Below, one piece after another: positions 18,026 to 29,120 of a stretch of 64,000 nucleotides of DNA. Location of the stretch: the NCBI GenBank assembly GCA_964503955.1, contig CAZDCG010000002.1, positions 13,047 through 77,046 of the forward strand, read 5' to 3'. A program made the position numbers and the translations under genes. Source of the DNA: an uncultured Gammaproteobacteria bacterium (GTDB taxonomy: Bacteria > Patescibacteriota > Patescibacteriia > VMEV01 > CAYQCH01). Each line of letters starts with the position of its first letter. Positions within the stretch are counted from its first letter, which is position 1. The notes under the pieces are model-generated. The model saw nothing but the letters and a program-made list of their open reading frames with translations. It had not been told where the DNA came from and made no database searches.

Positions 18026-18325
18026 TTGCGCCCAAATATGAAGGATGAAAAAGGCATGAAGCCGGATGAGCAGAATCAGACGAAACAGCCCGTCAAGGGA
18101 ATGTTTTCGTTAACAAAAGGACTTGCTCTCTCGGCTGTGATCAGCGGATATATTCTTGGACCGCTCTTCTTTTTTGGAGGAATCGGTCTCTTGCTGGACC
18201 ATTTCTTTTTCTCCTCGCATTGGGGATTGTTTATCGGATTAGCGATCGCTTTTCTCTTCAGTAATGTGCTGGTCGTTAAAAAGTCCGCGCGCATTGCTGA
18301 ACGGTTTACCGAAAAGCAGGAATAG
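18026..18325 (+). CDS. AtpI/AtpZ-like small membrane protein preceding atpB
   Basis: About 90-aa protein with two hydrophobic helices. Its position immediately upstream of atpB is coupled, with the stop at 18325 and the atpB ATG at 18327. The exact start is uncertain; alternative ATGs lie at 18041 and 18059. Confidence 0.45.
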   Translation: MRPNMKDEKGMKPDEQNQTKQPVKGMFSLTKGLALSAVISGYILGPLFFFGGIGLLLDHFFFSSHWGLFIGLAIAFLFSNVLVVKKSARIAERFTEKQE

Positions 18326-18326
18326 T

Positions 18327-19091
18327 ATGGATGTCCATTTGGCAGCACAAACCTTGTTTACCATCGCCGGTTTTCCTGTGACAAACGCCTTTTTGGCTGT
18401 GCTTGGCATCAGCGTTCTTTTGATTGTCTTCATGTGGCGCGCGACGCGAAAAATGAACGATGTGCCTAAAGGAGCGCAGTTTTGGGGCGAGATTTTGGTC
18501 ATGGAAGGGCTGGATTTTATGACAAGCATTACTGGAACCAGGGAGCGCGCCAAGAAAATGTTGCCGTTTATCGTCACCATGTTTCTTGTTTTCTTGCTGG
18601 CCAATTACCTTGCTTTCCTGCCGGGCATCGGCGCGTTGACCTACAACGGCATTCCGGTCTATCGCACAGCCACTTCTGATTACGCTTTCGTCTTTACCAT
18701 GGCGGTCCTATCAGTGATTATCATGCAGATTATCACCATTGCTACGGGAAGCCTGAAAGTCTATATCACAAAGTACTTGAATGTTTCAGGGCCATGGTCG
18801 ATGAAACCGATCAATTTGTTCTTGGGGTTGATGGACATCGTCAGCGAATTTGCGAAAATCATTTCGCTTTCGTTTCGTCTTTTCGGCAATATCTTTGCGG
18901 GTGAAGTGCTTGGCGCGGTGGTAGCGGGGTTGCTGCCTGTGATCCTCCCAATTCCGTTTGCTTTGCTTGGAACGCTAACTGCGCTTATTCAGGCAACGGT
19001 TTTCTCGATTCTCGTGCTGATTTTTATGAATATGAGCGTTGTGGAGCAGCAGATCGCGCAAGAGTACGAGAAAACGTCGTCCCGCGAATGA
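18327..19091 (+). CDS. atpB: F0F1 ATP synthase subunit a
   Basis: Multi-TM protein with LSFRLFGNIFAGE (conserved Arg-containing helix). Operon position. Confidence 0.9.
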   Translation: MDVHLAAQTLFTIAGFPVTNAFLAVLGISVLLIVFMWRATRKMNDVPKGAQFWGEILVMEGLDFMTSITGTRERAKKMLPFIVTMFLVFLLANYLAFLPGIGALTYNGIPVYRTATSDYAFVFTMAVLSVIIMQIITIATGSLKVYITKYLNVSGPWSMKPINLFLGLMDIVSEFAKIISLSFRLFGNIFAGEVLGAVVAGLLPVILPIPFALLGTLTALIQATVFSILVLIFMNMSVVEQQIAQEYEKTSSRE

Positions 19092-19158
19092 GGGAGGGGA
19101 TGCTGAGGGGAAAATATTCTCCTCCGAATCCTTTATCCTTATTCTTAACCACTACGAT

Positions 19159-19389
19159 ATGGATATTGAAGCAGCAAAATTCATCGCAGCTGGCTTTGCC
19201 GCCGGTGTCGGTGTTTTGGGTTCAGCGCTTGGTGAAGGGTACATTGCAGCCAAAGCCATGGAAGCAATGGGACGCAACCCTGAAGCGGGAGGAACCATTT
19301 TTACCCGTATGATTGTCGCGATGGCGATCACCGAATCATCTGCGATTTACGCGGTTGTCGTGGCGCTTGTTCTTCTCTTCGTTGTCTAG
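19159..19389 (+). CDS. atpE: F0F1 ATP synthase subunit c
   Basis: 77-aa hairpin protein with a GRNPEAGG loop and the conserved carboxylate (AITESSAIYA). Start taken at the ATG at 19159. Confidence 0.9.
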   Translation: MDIEAAKFIAAGFAAGVGVLGSALGEGYIAAKAMEAMGRNPEAGGTIFTRMIVAMAITESSAIYAVVVALVLLFVV

Positions 19390-19399
19390 TCTTTAGCGT

Positions 19400-19894
19400 A
19401 TGCAATTCTTCCAGGCATTTGGAATTGATTGGAAAATCGTTTTAGCGCAGTTGCTGAACTTCGGCATTCTGATGTTCATCTTGTACAAAATAGGCTATAA
19501 GCCATTGATGAAATTTGTCGAGGAACGAACGAACCGGATCGAAGAGGGCGTAAAGAATGCAGAACGTGCTCAGGCTGCGCTGGCAAATGCCAAAGCGGAG
19601 CAGGAGCAGATTCTGGCTGAAGCACGAAAAGAAGCGGTAGCCATTATTGAATCTGCTCGCCAGAAAGCGACGGAACAGGGAGACGCGCTGATTGCCAAGG
19701 CAAAGCAGGAAGTCGGTGCTGTCGTGGTGCAGGGCAAGAAGGCGATCGAAACCGAGCGTCAGAAAATGCTTGATGAAGTGAAGAGAGACGTGGTCGAAAT
19801 GGTCATGCAAAGCACGGAAAAAGTGCTTTCCGGAGCTATCGATGACCAGGTAGATGCTTCCTGGCTGAAAAAGCAGCTCGCTAAAGTGAAGTAA
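19400..19894 (+). CDS. atpF: F0F1 ATP synthase subunit b
   Basis: N-terminal TM followed by a long charged helix. Operon position. Confidence 0.85.
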   Translation: MQFFQAFGIDWKIVLAQLLNFGILMFILYKIGYKPLMKFVEERTNRIEEGVKNAERAQAALANAKAEQEQILAEARKEAVAIIESARQKATEQGDALIAKAKQEVGAVVVQGKKAIETERQKMLDEVKRDVVEMVMQSTEKVLSGAIDDQVDASWLKKQLAKVK

Positions 19895-19895
19895 T

Positions 19896-20285
19896 ATGCG
19901 CATCACTCCTCAACAATACGCTCAGGCTTGGTACGACGCTCTCAAAGCGACGGACGAGCAGCAATGGCCGGCAATTTCGCAGGCCATGCTTTCCCGTTTG
20001 CAGAGAGAAGGCAATCTTTCTCGTCTTGGCCAGATTCGCCAATATGTGGAAGAGCTTGAGCGCGAGGAACAGGGAGTGGTCAAAGTAACGGTCAAAACCG
20101 CCCATGACCTAGATAAGCAGGTAATCAGTGATCTGGTAAAACAGCTGCTTGCGGCTGAGGTGGAACTTGATATCCGCGAAGAAAAAGACCTGCTCGGCGG
20201 CGTGATTGTGGAAACGGCCGACCGCCGTTGGGATCTTTCCGCCCGCGGACAGCTTAACCAGCTTAAGCAACAATTAACCAGCTGA
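19896..20285 (+). CDS. atpH: F0F1 ATP synthase subunit delta (short, 129 aa)
   Basis: OSCP-like C-terminus ([25 protein letters not shown]). Sits between atpF and atpA. Confidence 0.75.
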   Translation: MRITPQQYAQAWYDALKATDEQQWPAISQAMLSRLQREGNLSRLGQIRQYVEELEREEQGVVKVTVKTAHDLDKQVISDLVKQLLAAEVELDIREEKDLLGGVIVETADRRWDLSARGQLNQLKQQLTS

Positions 20286-20295
20286 TTCCATTTCA

Positions 20296-21828
20296 TTGAG
20301 GAACGATATGAAAAATCCGATTGTTGAACACTTAAAAGAACAAATCAGCGATTTCAAATCAAAGATCGCGACAGAAAAAATCGGCAATGTTGTCGAGGTT
20401 GGAGACGGCATCGCGCTTGCGACCGGTCTTGCCGACGCGAAGGCATCTGAAATTCTTGAATTTGAGAACGGCGCGCGCGGGATCGCGCTTAACCTTGAAG
20501 AAGGCCTTGTCGGTATTATCGTCATGGGTGACTACACGGGTATCCGCGAAGGCATGACCGTGAAGGGAACCGGACGCATTCTTGAAGTGCCGGTTGGCCA
20601 AAAAGTGATCGGCCGCGTGGTAGACGCCATGGGAATGCCAAAAGACGGCAAAGGTGAAATCAAGTCGGAGGCGTTTTATCCTGTTGAAAAAATCGCGCCG
20701 GGCGTGATGACCCGTAAATCCGTTCACCAGCCCGTGCAGACCGGTATCAAGGCGATCGACGCCATGATTCCTGTTGGACGCGGCCAGCGCGAATTGATTA
20801 TTGGCGACCGCCAGACCGGTAAAACCGCCATCGCCATCGACACCATTTTGAATCAGAAAGGCCAGGACATGGTTTGTATCTATGTCGCGATCGGCCAGAA
20901 AGAAAGCAAAGTTGCGCAAATCGTGCAGCGCCTTGAAGAAGCCGGTGCCATGGACTACACCGTTATCGTGGCGGCCGGCGCGGCTGAATCCGCTACAATG
21001 AGTTATTTGGCTCCGTATACCGGCTGCGCGATTGGAGAATACTTCATGGACAAAGGCAAAGACGCGCTGATCATTTACGATGATCTTTCAAAGCACGCGG
21101 TTGCGTATCGCCAGATTTCCTTGCTGCTTCGCCGTCCGCCGGGGCGTGAAGCGTATCCTGGAGACGTGTTCTACCTGCATTCACGTCTGCTTGAACGCGC
21201 CGCCAAGCTCAATGAAAACTATGGGGGAGGCTCATTAACCGCCTTGCCGATCATTGAAACGCAGGCTGGCGACGTATCTGCTTATATTCCAACCAATGTG
21301 ATTTCGATCACGGACGGACAGATTTACCTTGAAACGGATCTCTTCAACAAAGGCATCCGTCCGGCCGTAAACGTCGGTTTGTCGGTTTCCCGCGTGGGAG
21401 GTGCCGCGCAGATCAAAGCAATGAAGAAAGTCGCTGGAAAAATCCGCTTGTCATTGGCGCAATTCCGCGAACTTGAAGCCTTCGCGCAATTCGGTTCTGA
21501 TCTTGATGACACCACCAAGAAACAGCTTGAGCTTGGATACCGCATGGTGGAATTGCTCAAGCAGGAGCAGTACCGCCCGGTTGCCGTTGAAGCCCAGGTG
21601 GTGCAGATCTACGCGGGTATCAATGGATTGCTTGATGATATCAAGGTGGAAAAAATCAAGGCATTCGCGCAGGGGCTTGTTGAATACGTGCAGCAATCAG
21701 CAGGCGAGCTCTTCGAAAAAATCCGCAAGGATAAAGAATTCGACGAAGCCTGGGAAGAGAAGCTGAAAAAGGCAATCGCGGATTATAAATCTACTCTTGC
21801 GCCAGAATGGTTTGTTGAACAGAACTAA
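20296..21828 (+). CDS. atpA: F0F1 ATP synthase subunit alpha
   Basis: Walker A GDRQTGKT. Strong alpha-subunit similarity throughout. Confidence 0.97.
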   Translation: MRNDMKNPIVEHLKEQISDFKSKIATEKIGNVVEVGDGIALATGLADAKASEILEFENGARGIALNLEEGLVGIIVMGDYTGIREGMTVKGTGRILEVPVGQKVIGRVVDAMGMPKDGKGEIKSEAFYPVEKIAPGVMTRKSVHQPVQTGIKAIDAMIPVGRGQRELIIGDRQTGKTAIAIDTILNQKGQDMVCIYVAIGQKESKVAQIVQRLEEAGAMDYTVIVAAGAAESATMSYLAPYTGCAIGEYFMDKGKDALIIYDDLSKHAVAYRQISLLLRRPPGREAYPGDVFYLHSRLLERAAKLNENYGGGSLTALPIIETQAGDVSAYIPTNVISITDGQIYLETDLFNKGIRPAVNVGLSVSRVGGAAQIKAMKKVAGKIRLSLAQFRELEAFAQFGSDLDDTTKKQLELGYRMVELLKQEQYRPVAVEAQVVQIYAGINGLLDDIKVEKIKAFAQGLVEYVQQSAGELFEKIRKDKEFDEAWEEKLKKAIADYKSTLAPEWFVEQN

Positions 21829-21834
21829 GTATCT

Positions 21835-22761
21835 ATGCCGGCCAATACCAAACAAATTAAAGCCCGCATCAAGTCGGTAAAAAATACCAGAAAAGTGACG
21901 AAAGCCATGGAGCTGGTTGCTGCCGCGAAAATGCGCCGAGCCGTTGAATACGCGATCTCCACAAGAACCTATTCACGTTTGGTTTGGGAATTGGCCGAGC
22001 GTCTGTCGCAAAGTAAATCCATCCAGCCGGAGGATTATCTTCATAATTTTTTCCGGGTGCCGGAACATCCGCAAAAAGCGATTCTCGTTGTGTTCGCTTC
22101 CAATCGAGGGTTATGCGGCGCGTACAATTCCAATATGGTCAAAAAGGTGATCGCTTTCGTAAAGGAACGCGGCGAAGACAATGTTGAAATTATCGCGGTC
22201 GGGAAAAAAGTTGTCGCTCCGCTTAGCATGTTCGGCTTGAACGTGCATATGGCCTACGAGAAGAAAGATTCCGCCCGCAATGCAACATCGGTGGTGAATA
22301 TTGCCAACTATGTTTATGAATCGTTTAAAGCAGGCAAGGTGGACCAGGTGCTGATCGCGTATAACCAGTACGTTTCATCCCTGATCCAGGAGCCGGTGAT
22401 CCGCCCGCTCTTTCCATTTCAGAAGGAAGAAAGCACGATGGCTGGGGTGGAGGAACTTGCTGCCAAGCAGAATGTGGTCAATGGAAACGGCGGATTTGTG
22501 GAAACGGACTACCTGCATGAACCTTCCAAGCGCGACGTGCTTTCACACCTTGTCCCTCGTTTGGGAGAAGTACAGCTCTTTCAGGCGCTGCTTGAAAGCA
22601 ATGCGTCTGAGCATAGCGCGCGCATGCTCGCCATGAAAAATGCCAGCGACGCGGCAGGGGAAATGGTCGGTGATTTGACCTTGCTGTATAACCGCGCCCG
22701 TCAGGCGGCGATTACGCAGGAAATCGCAGAAATCTCAGCGGGAATGGCCGCAGTTACTTAA
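21835..22761 (+). CDS. atpG: F0F1 ATP synthase subunit gamma
   Basis: N-terminus IKARIKSVKNTRKVTKAMELVAAAKMRRA and a C-terminal helix typical of the gamma subunit. Confidence 0.9.
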   Translation: MPANTKQIKARIKSVKNTRKVTKAMELVAAAKMRRAVEYAISTRTYSRLVWELAERLSQSKSIQPEDYLHNFFRVPEHPQKAILVVFASNRGLCGAYNSNMVKKVIAFVKERGEDNVEIIAVGKKVVAPLSMFGLNVHMAYEKKDSARNATSVVNIANYVYESFKAGKVDQVLIAYNQYVSSLIQEPVIRPLFPFQKEESTMAGVEELAAKQNVVNGNGGFVETDYLHEPSKRDVLSHLVPRLGEVQLFQALLESNASEHSARMLAMKNASDAAGEMVGDLTLLYNRARQAAITQEIAEISAGMAAVT

Positions 22762-22770
22762 TCAATTAAC

Positions 22771-24219
<1,449 letters not shown>

Positions 24220-24223
24220 TTCT

Positions 24224-24643
24224 ATGGCCGACAAAGCCTCAATGCATTTGAAAGTTGTTTCACCTGAGCGCGTTTTGTTCCAAGACGATGTGCAGGAATT
24301 GGTGATTGATACCAAAAACGGCCAGATTACGGTGTTGCCGCATCATTTGGCCATGATCACGGTTCTGCGCGCGGGCCAGGCGCTTATCCGCAAAGACGGG
24401 CAGGAAACTCCGCTCGTGCTTTCCGGCGGCCTGCTTGAGGTGGCTGAAAACAAGGTCATTGTGCTGGCCGACACGGCTGAGCATATCAGCGAGCTTGATC
24501 TTGAGCGCGCGCAGCGAGCGGTTGAACTGGCGAAGAAATTGCTGTCTGAAAAGAAATACGATCTGAGCGAATACGAAACCCTGCTTGCGAATCTGGAAAA
24601 GCACGAAGCACGCGTCAGCGCGTTTACGAAGTGGAGAAAGTAG
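24224..24643 (+). CDS. atpC: F0F1 ATP synthase subunit epsilon
   Basis: 139 aa with a beta-sandwich N-terminus (LKVVSPERVLF) and a helical C-terminus. Last gene of the operon. Confidence 0.9.
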   Translation: MADKASMHLKVVSPERVLFQDDVQELVIDTKNGQITVLPHHLAMITVLRAGQALIRKDGQETPLVLSGGLLEVAENKVIVLADTAEHISELDLERAQRAVELAKKLLSEKKYDLSEYETLLANLEKHEARVSAFTKWRK

Positions 24644-24790
24644 GTTAGGTTGTAGTTTTTAGGTGTTAGGTTTTAGTAATCGCGTTCATTTGACTTTGTA
24701 TTCTACAACCTGATTCAATAAAAAGACGGCTTCATTGAAAGCCGTTTTTTGCGTTTAACGGAAATGTACTACAACCTACCAACTACCCAC
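24642..24790. repeat. Three copies of the 9-mer CTACAACCT (one inverted as AGGTTGTAG) flanking the atp terminator
   Basis: aggttaggttgtag at about 24642-24656. ctacaacct at 24703-24711 and again at 24766-24774 (ctacaacctaccaactacccactaca). Confidence 0.5.
24724..24749. terminator. Rho-independent terminator of the atp operon. Possibly bidirectional, because pth on the minus strand converges on it.
   Basis: acggctt-cattga-aagccgt hairpin followed by tttttt, with aataaaaag on the 5' side. Confidence 0.75.
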
Positions 24791-24801
24791 TACATCCTCA
24801 T

Positions 24802-25368
24802 CTAATGAAACCTATTCATGCATGTTTGCGCGTCTTCTGAAATCAAACAAGCAATGGCTTCTGCAATGCGCGGGAGCCATTTTTTGATGCGTCCGCGTTC
24901 AAGCAACCCAAACGGTTCTAAGACAAATTTATCGGCCGCGACACGATCGCGCTTTCCCGTTCGCACACCAAGTTTGAGGCGGGTGAACTCTTTGGTTCCA
25001 ATCGACTGGATCACGGATTGCACTCCGTTATGGCCTCCGGCGCCGCCTTCCATAGCAATCCGCATTTTGCAAAATGCCAAATCAATGTCGTCATAGACAA
25101 CAATAAGATCAGCAGGGGAGAGCTTATAATAAACAAGAATCTTTTGCACGGATCTCCCGGATTCATTCATGTACGTCTGCGGCTTGGCAAGCATGATTTT
25201 GTTGCCATCGAAATGAACCGACGTGGTTTCTGCCTCTAGCGAAGCGTCCGTTTTCCACTCCGGTGCGTGTTGCGCCTGAGCGAACGCGTCCAGGCTCATA
25301 AAACCCAGATTATGCCGTGAGCGGGCATAAGCTTTGCCCGGATTTCCCAGGCCGACAATGACCTTCAT
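24802..25368 (-). CDS. pth: Peptidyl-tRNA hydrolase
   Basis: MKVIVGLGNPGKAYARSRHNLGF N-terminal motif. Conserved His and Asp. Confidence 0.92.
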   Translation of the reverse strand: MKVIVGLGNPGKAYARSRHNLGFMSLDAFAQAQHAPEWKTDASLEAETTSVHFDGNKIMLAKPQTYMNESGRSVQKILVYYKLSPADLIVVYDDIDLAFCKMRIAMEGGAGGHNGVQSVIQSIGTKEFTRLKLGVRTGKRDRVAADKFVLEPFGLLERGRIKKWLPRIAEAIACLISEDAQTCMNRFH

Positions 25369-25379
25369 AGAAAAGACGT

Positions 25380-26729
25380 TTAAGTCGTTTGCGTGGCCCG
25401 CACATAGACGCGCACAGGCGTACCGGTGAATTCGAACTTTTCACGCAGCATTTTTTCCATGAACCGCACCCACGATTCAGCCAATGTGTCCTGATTCTGA
25501 ATGACAAGCTCAAAGGTGGGCGGCGCGGTATCAACCTGCTTAAGCGCATGCACGTAAGGGGCCTCGGGTCCCTTTTTCTTTTGCGGGCGGCGGCGCGCGA
25601 CGGCTTGTTTGAGCAGGCGGTCAAGCGCGCTTTGCGGTAATTCTCTGTAGCGGTTTTCATGCAGCTGCAAAACGGTTTTCAGCAAACGTTGCACATGCCA
25701 GCCGGTCAGCGCGCTGACGGGGATAATGGGAATCCAATGATAACCGCCCATGGAACGCAGCCAGCGTTCCTCAAATTCCTGATGGCGGTCTTCTCCTTCA
25801 AGCAAATCCCATTTATTGGCGGCAATAATCACGGACGCGCCGGATTTAATGATGGTGGAAAGAATATACCGTTCCTGCTCGCCCCAGGTATCTTGCGTGG
25901 CATCAATCACCAGAACAACCCATTCAGAGGCTTCAATGGCTTTATGGCTGAAATCCGCGCTCTTTTTTTGCAGCAATCCTCGCATCTTGCGCGCTTTACG
26001 GATACCGGCCGTATCAACAAGCGTGAAATCCCTTCCTTCAAACTGCAATTGCGTGTCGCGGGATTCGCGCGTGGTATGCGCCTGTTCGCTGACAATCACC
26101 TCCTCTCGTCCGAGCAGGGCATTGACAAGCGATGATTTGCCCATATTCGGCAACCCGGCAAAGGTAACGGAAATAGAGTCGTCCGGAGTTGCTTTCTTCG
26201 CCTTGCGGACCGCTTTCTTGGTGAGACTCTTTTTGAGTTTCAGCTCTTTGCTAAGCTCGTCTAAAAAGTCGGCTGTTCCTGTGCCATTTGCCGCGGAAAG
26301 AAAGTGGACATACTTGCTGAGCTTATGAAATTCCGTTGCTGCATTGCGGAGAGAAGGGGAGTCGGATTTATTCACGATAATGCCAAAGGGAATACCATTC
26401 TCGCGCAGTGCTTTGGCGATTTTCAAGTCGCCCGGGACAACACCGTCCTTTGCGTCGGTGACCAGGTAGACCTTGTTGGCGTCTTTCATGAATTTCCAGG
26501 CCTGTTCGATCACGCGCGCTTCGATGTCGTCCGGATGAGATAAATCAATACCGCCGGTATCGATCAGCTGAAAGCTTTTTGCTTCCCATTCCACCATCCC
26601 TTTATTGAAATCGCGCGTGGTGCCTGCAATCGGAGAAACCAAAGCCTGCTTACGTTCCGTAAGGCGGTTAAAGAGGCTTGATTTTCCGACATTCGTGCGT
26701 CCCACAAGGACGACGGAGGGAAGCGGCAT
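25380..26729 (-). CDS. der: Ribosome-biogenesis GTPase Der (EngA)
   Basis: Two tandem GTPase domains with P-loops GRTNVGKSS and GLPNMGKSS, plus a C-terminal KH-like domain. Confidence 0.95.
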   Translation of the reverse strand: MPLPSVVLVGRTNVGKSSLFNRLTERKQALVSPIAGTTRDFNKGMVEWEAKSFQLIDTGGIDLSHPDDIEARVIEQAWKFMKDANKVYLVTDAKDGVVPGDLKIAKALRENGIPFGIIVNKSDSPSLRNAATEFHKLSKYVHFLSAANGTGTADFLDELSKELKLKKSLTKKAVRKAKKATPDDSISVTFAGLPNMGKSSLVNALLGREEVIVSEQAHTTRESRDTQLQFEGRDFTLVDTAGIRKARKMRGLLQKKSADFSHKAIEASEWVVLVIDATQDTWGEQERYILSTIIKSGASVIIAANKWDLLEGEDRHQEFEERWLRSMGGYHWIPIIPVSALTGWHVQRLLKTVLQLHENRYRELPQSALDRLLKQAVARRRPQKKKGPEAPYVHALKQVDTAPPTFELVIQNQDTLAESWVRFMEKMLREKFEFTGTPVRVYVRATQTT

Positions 26730-26811
26730 AAGATGAGTGATAGCAATGGATAAAGAGTAGGTAGAGGGTAGGCTACAGTCCCTCTTACTATACCTATTGC
26801 TCTAGCTATTC

Positions 26812-28293
26812 CTAATAAGCAGTGTCGAGTCCAAGAATAATGAGGATATCTGCCTCAGTCGTCAAGCCCAGGGGGATTTGAGCCGTGATGTTATCCGTAT
26901 AGTTTCCAGCCAGAAAATCGATCGTTCTTGGGTATTTTCCGTTGGAAAAATCGTAAACAACCGTCTGTTCATAATCCTGTTCTTTGGCATTTGAGATAGC
27001 GATTACGTCGTATCCAAGCTCAGCCAGCTTTTCCTGGTTAGCCCTCGCCAGGCCGTTGACGAATGTTCCGTTTCTGATTTCTATTGTGGCGGTTTCCTCG
27101 GTTTCAACCGGATTTGGCAAGGTAACGCGCGGCAAGCCGGACGGATTGCTTGGAAGCTCAAAGGTTTTTTCCGGTGAAAACAAATTGGCCGCCATGAATT
27201 TCAACTCGCTGAAGTCTTCCACGCGGGGTTCAAGCACAAAGGCTCCTCCATAATTTGCCGCGCGCAATGGCCCGTCAGCGCTATTATCAAGCACCGTATG
27301 AATAATGTGCGGCGGATTTTCCTGTTCCTTGTAATCACGGGCAAGTTTTGCAAAGGCAACCATTTCATCTAGGGAGAGATTCGTATCGATATTTTCGTCA
27401 ACATTCTCGATGATTTTTTTAATCCGGCTCGGACGCAAAAGCGTGTTGAAAGAGACCAGTTTATCCGTAAGCGCGTTTATCACGATCTGCTGGCGGCTTG
27501 CGCGCGCGAAGTCCGAACCCTCTTCTCCAAGCGCATGGCGGGAGCGGACATACTTGAGCGCGGTGGAGCCGTCAAAATGCTGGGGGCCGGCTTCAACGTA
27601 CAGATGCTCGTATCGCTGATCTTCCGGATAATCCTCGCGTCCGGGAATTGGATACTTGTAATCAGAGAGCGTGCGAGGCACCTCAACGTCAACGCCGCCG
27701 ACCAGGTCAACAAGCTCTTCAAATCCGCTGAAGTCGATGCGCATGTAATACGGGATCTTCAAGCCGAAAATCTGGCTGATGATTTGCTTGGCATAATCTC
27801 CGCCGGTACCGCGGTCATTGGCTTCAGCAAGCGCGTAGAGATTATTGATCTTGCGCCAGCCGTAACCAGGAATCGGGATCAGCAGGTCGCGGGGGATTGA
27901 AAGCAATGCGGCTTGGTTGGTCGAAGGCTTGTAGCTGGCAATCATGATGGTGTCGGTCAGGTTGGCTCCATCATGTCCTTTGCCGCCGATACCCATCAGT
28001 AAAACATTCACCCGGTCTTCATCCATGCCGCTCAAAACATCCTGGGCATCGCTTGTAAAGGCGGACAGGGTATCGCCGAATCCAAACTTCGGTTTGATAT
28101 AACGCTCGGACGCGTCCACCAGCTGCGACCACACCGACGCGGAATCATCACTAACAATGGACGATTGGATGGTCAGGCTTAAGACAAAGAGGGCGCAGAA
28201 GAGCACAAGATAAAAAAAATAGCGCCATCTTGAGCGTCTTCGCTTCGCCGGTGCCTGTGGCTTGACAGAATCTGCAGAATAGTCTGAGTGCAT
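26812..28293 (-). CDS. LytR-CpsA-Psr (LCP) family cell-envelope phosphotransferase with a C-terminal extra domain
   Basis: N-terminal TM. LCP-domain motifs (VLLMGIGGKGHDGANLTDTIMIASY, RIDFSGF). Confidence 0.8.
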   Translation of the reverse strand: MHSDYSADSVKPQAPAKRRRSRWRYFFYLVLFCALFVLSLTIQSSIVSDDSASVWSQLVDASERYIKPKFGFGDTLSAFTSDAQDVLSGMDEDRVNVLLMGIGGKGHDGANLTDTIMIASYKPSTNQAALLSIPRDLLIPIPGYGWRKINNLYALAEANDRGTGGDYAKQIISQIFGLKIPYYMRIDFSGFEELVDLVGGVDVEVPRTLSDYKYPIPGREDYPEDQRYEHLYVEAGPQHFDGSTALKYVRSRHALGEEGSDFARASRQQIVINALTDKLVSFNTLLRPSRIKKIIENVDENIDTNLSLDEMVAFAKLARDYKEQENPPHIIHTVLDNSADGPLRAANYGGAFVLEPRVEDFSELKFMAANLFSPEKTFELPSNPSGLPRVTLPNPVETEETATIEIRNGTFVNGLARANQEKLAELGYDVIAISNAKEQDYEQTVVYDFSNGKYPRTIDFLAGNYTDNITAQIPLGLTTEADILIILGLDTAY

Positions 28294-28477
28294 GCGGTTG
28301 GAAAAGAATTGGGGCGATGATCGAACCGATCAGCGCATAAGAAAAAGTCATGATAGGTCCATTATATGCGGTTCATCCGAGCTTGCCAAGCGGAAAAAAG
28401 GCGGCAATTTTTTTGTTTGAAAAATGCTTTATTCCATGGTATAGTTAGCCAATCATAACTGTTCATCTTTCTTTCGC

Positions 28478-29107
28478 ATGTCGGAAAATAAGGAACAGAG
28501 CACCGGCTCTGCTTTACCTGAGTTTACTCCGCAAGAGGTTGAATCCGGAGGCTCCATCAAAGACTTCTTTGTGGAATTGCTGCAGGTCATCATCATCGCG
28601 CTGGCGATCATTATCCCGGTTCGTTATTTTTTTATCACGCCTTTCTACGTGAAAGGAGCTTCCATGGTGCCAACCTTCCATGAGAGCGAGTATCTTGTCG
28701 TGGACGAGATCAGCTATCGATTCAAAGAACCGGTGAGGGGAGAAGTAATCGTCTTTCGCTATCCGCGCAATGAGAAGGAATTTTTTATCAAGCGCATTAT
28801 CGGCCTGCCTGGCGAGACCGTCCAAATTACAGGCAATAAGGTCTATATCAATGGCGAAGAGCTAAGCGAGCCGTATCTTGATTCGGAAACGAAAACCACG
28901 GGAGAAATTGTGGTTACGCTTCAGACGGACGAATTCTTTGTCCTTGGTGACAATCGCAGCTTCAGCCTCGACTCCCGCGCATTTGGTCCGCTCAAGGAAC
29001 GGTATATCGTCGGCCGGACCTGGATCCGCGGCTGGCCGTTTGACAAGATCATGATTTTTGAACCGCCTCAGTACGAATTGCCTTCACAGGTGGATTCGCA
29101 ATCTTAA
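28478..29107 (+). CDS. lepB: Signal peptidase I
   Basis: TM anchor. GASMVPTF (catalytic Ser box), KRIIGLPGE (Lys box) and GDNRSFSLDSR. Confidence 0.88.
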   Translation: MSENKEQSTGSALPEFTPQEVESGGSIKDFFVELLQVIIIALAIIIPVRYFFITPFYVKGASMVPTFHESEYLVVDEISYRFKEPVRGEVIVFRYPRNEKEFFIKRIIGLPGETVQITGNKVYINGEELSEPYLDSETKTTGEIVVTLQTDEFFVLGDNRSFSLDSRAFGPLKERYIVGRTWIRGWPFDKIMIFEPPQYELPSQVDSQS

Positions 29108-29120
29108 CGTTTGTTTCTCT

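Noticed and set aside
20359-20919. 186-aa minus-strand ORF inside atpA, and similar antisense ORFs inside atpD (22929..23399, 23023..23424, 23875..24315)
   Set aside because: All are antisense shadows of extremely conserved ATP synthase alpha and beta genes.
26740-26811. Hairpin agaggg-taggctacagt-ccctct between der and the LCP gene, considered as a terminator
   Set aside because: It is not followed by a U-tract on either strand and the stem is only 6 bp. It may be structural, but the support is too weak to call it a terminator.
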